Positions 61,795 to 64,000 of a stretch of 64,000 bases of DNA are shown here, piece after piece. The stretch covers positions 32,922,001-32,986,000 of the forward strand of contig NC_092346.1 in NCBI RefSeq assembly GCF_963676685.1, written 5' to 3'. How positions within the stretch are numbered: the stretch's first letter is position 1; each line of letters starts with the position of its first letter. Below the pieces are notes generated by a model, which saw only the letters and a list, made by a program, of their open reading frames with translations, had not been told where the DNA came from and did no database searches. Origin of the DNA: Mytilus edulis. Lineage: Eukaryota. A program made the position numbers and the translations under genes.

Positions 61795-62110
61795 TTAAGA
61801 TGCAAAACAATTTAATTGAAGCTGTATGTAACAAAGAATGCTTGCTAATCCTGCAAGCAAGCTTAAAGTAAACTATCAGCTGATAAAGAAAGCATACTGT
61901 AACCATGAAATCCAAAGTCTAAAACTAGGAGACTGATATGAGGATTTGGTTACAACTAAATGTTAAACCTAAGTAACCATGCACCATAGACTAGCAGTAT
62001 TACACAGAAGATTAATTCCACTTAGTATATAATTTATTTCCAAGACTGGAACTTGTCACCAACGCTGTGACTTCCAAACTTATATCTTTCACAAAATAGT
62101 TCAATATATA

Positions 62111-62879
62111 TGTTCCAGACCATATGAGTATTTGGACGGTACGCGTACGGTCTGGACCGTAAACGTATACTCATACTGTCCGACCATACACGTACTGTCC
62201 GACCGTATGAGTATACGCGTATGGTCCAGTACGAGCTGACCATGCATGTTACTTGATCATTTATGTGAATTGAAAAATTCAAATTTAAACAAACATGTAC
62301 CACTATCTTTATTTCTAGTTTTACAAATTGTTACAATTGGATGGATAAAATGTACAAACGAACCATTGAAATTAAATATGTATTTGTTCAATTGGATATC
62401 TAAAGTCTATTTTGGTACTCCCCCCCTATGTGATACTTGCTACGACAAATAAATTAAAATGTTTGCAGTTCATGCATGTTCCTTTCCATTTGCGTTTTTT
62501 GTCCTTCAATGTTGTTAAATGTTCTATTTTCCTTCAACATTATGTTAACTTCAGATATCTTCAATTTCAGTGATCATAATTCTATAAATGTACTGATCGA
62601 CATGCTAAATACAAGAGATTAACAGATTTGATTTGCCTGATTTTTTTAAATAGTTAAAATACAAAGTTTGCATTACAACTAAAATTGAACTTTTTCATAC
62701 TAATTTGACAGTTAGGTTATGTTGATCTGTTATATGCATTGGTATCTAATAAACTTGACCAACTTCTTAATATTAGTCAGACCGTACGCGTACGGTCCGA
62801 CCATATGAGTATTTTGAAAAAGTACGCATACAGTCCAGACCGTACGCGTACGGTCCAAATACTCATACGGTCTGGAACA
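62111..62879. mobile_element. MITE with ~45-bp TIRs and subterminal palindromic repeats, flanked by (TA)n
   Basis: tgttccagaccatatgagtatttggacggtacgcgtacggtctggac / gtccagaccgtacgcgtacggtccaaatactcatacggtctggaaca. Confidence 0.78.
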
Positions 62880-63258
62880 TATATATATGAGAATTAAACA
62901 ATAAGCTAAGATCAATTATTACATAATGTGTTGACAAATATAAACAAGTTATCATCCAGATAAAGAAAGATAAATAATTAATACAACTCTTTTAGCAATG
63001 TCTCTAATTTAAGAAGGATAAAGGATTAAACCCTGAGGCATTATTGTCACCTTTGATTATAAAATGTCCATTATCAATTAGATATATATTAACTTATTGT
63101 CCAAGTAGAATATATAATATAAAACATAATTAATGATAAATTCTTTGAGTCTCAAACATTAGCATTAAAAACCTAAACACATCTGAAAGTCATTTTAACT
63201 CTGTGATATATTTCTCCCCGTCCGACTAAAACATTTCCACAAGTTTTTGAATAACAGC

Positions 63259-63925
63259 TTAAAATGTATTTTTGGAAACACGAGATTTGTGTTTTGAGTT
63301 CTTTGAATTAATTTTGGTTGAATGTTTTGAATTCTGGTTTTGAATCAATTTGTCAACAATATTTATTAGAGGCATACATGTCACTGTATTTAGTCTAGTT
63401 TCTTGTTTCTCTAGGGTTGAATTTGCACATTGAACTGATGTCAGATGTTCCATTTTACTTTTTAGAGTTCTTTTTTCATCCTTAAGTTTTGAAACTAATT
63501 TAAGATGAGTGTCACTTTGTTTCTCCAGTATTTTGTCAACATTATTGTTCGTAATAAAATATGTTTCCTCACCATCTGAATCAAACATCATATTTTCTTC
63601 TTCTATCACTTTATATTCCTCTAGTTCCTCTAATAGTTCACTGTTCCCTTTTTGTAAGTTCTTCCAGTATTTGATTTCTTACAGCTTCTGACTCTTTGTA
63701 TTGGTCTACAGTTATTGAGAGTTTTTCATTTTCCTGCTTTAAATCTGATGTTTGGTCAATGAATTTGGCAATTATTCGGCGAGCTTGAATTATTTCATTT
63801 ACCAATTTTTCTAATTGAGACTGAAGTTCAGTAACACGATTTTGCTGATTAATTTGATCATCCTTGAATTTCTGCTTAACATTTTCCAGTTGAAACTGAG
63901 ATGAAACTTTTATCTTTGGTGGCAT
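63259..63925 (-). pseudogene. Coiled-coil ORF split by one frameshift (~220 codons if joined)
   Basis: 63638-63925 (MPPKIK...) and the frame of 63259-63609 overlap around 63640-63675 and share a heptad-like E/K/Q/L composition. Confidence 0.45.
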
Positions 63926-64000
63926 GGCTCTTATGAAAATTGCATTTCTTTTAAGCTTGTTATTCTTGATAGAATCTCACATCTCCTGAGGAGCGAAAAT

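Overview
AT-rich eukaryotic (animal) DNA. The repeat and gene content suggests a bivalve, probably mussel-like (inference). Bases 1-16 kb are mostly minisatellite arrays (30-, 32-, 41- and 49-bp units; 869-bp and 730-bp higher-order repeats) interrupted by MITE-like insertions, and 16-27 kb is repeat-rich intergenic DNA. From 27382 the + strand carries the first ten coding exons of the eIF2-alpha kinase GCN2 (EIF2AK4; RWD domain into the pseudokinase domain), reconstructed by hand from GT-AG boundaries and consistent exon phases; the gene presumably continues past the window. GCN2 intron 6 holds a complete DIRS1-type tyrosine-recombinase retrotransposon. Intron 9 holds two antisense, intronless B-box/coiled-coil/beta-propeller TRIM-like paralogs and nested Helentron-type elements. 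Most notable observations: (1) a nine-fold tandem array of the exon-4 splice acceptor, plus other duplicated splice junctions; (2) a 1-nt frameshift in exon 10; (3) a catalytic Arg-to-Cys change in the DIRS recombinase; (4) TRIM paralog coding sequence more diverged than its 3' flank; (5) decayed minimal hammerhead ribozyme motifs; (6) a ~1-kb non-coding element carrying an internal complement of its own predicted circle junction.
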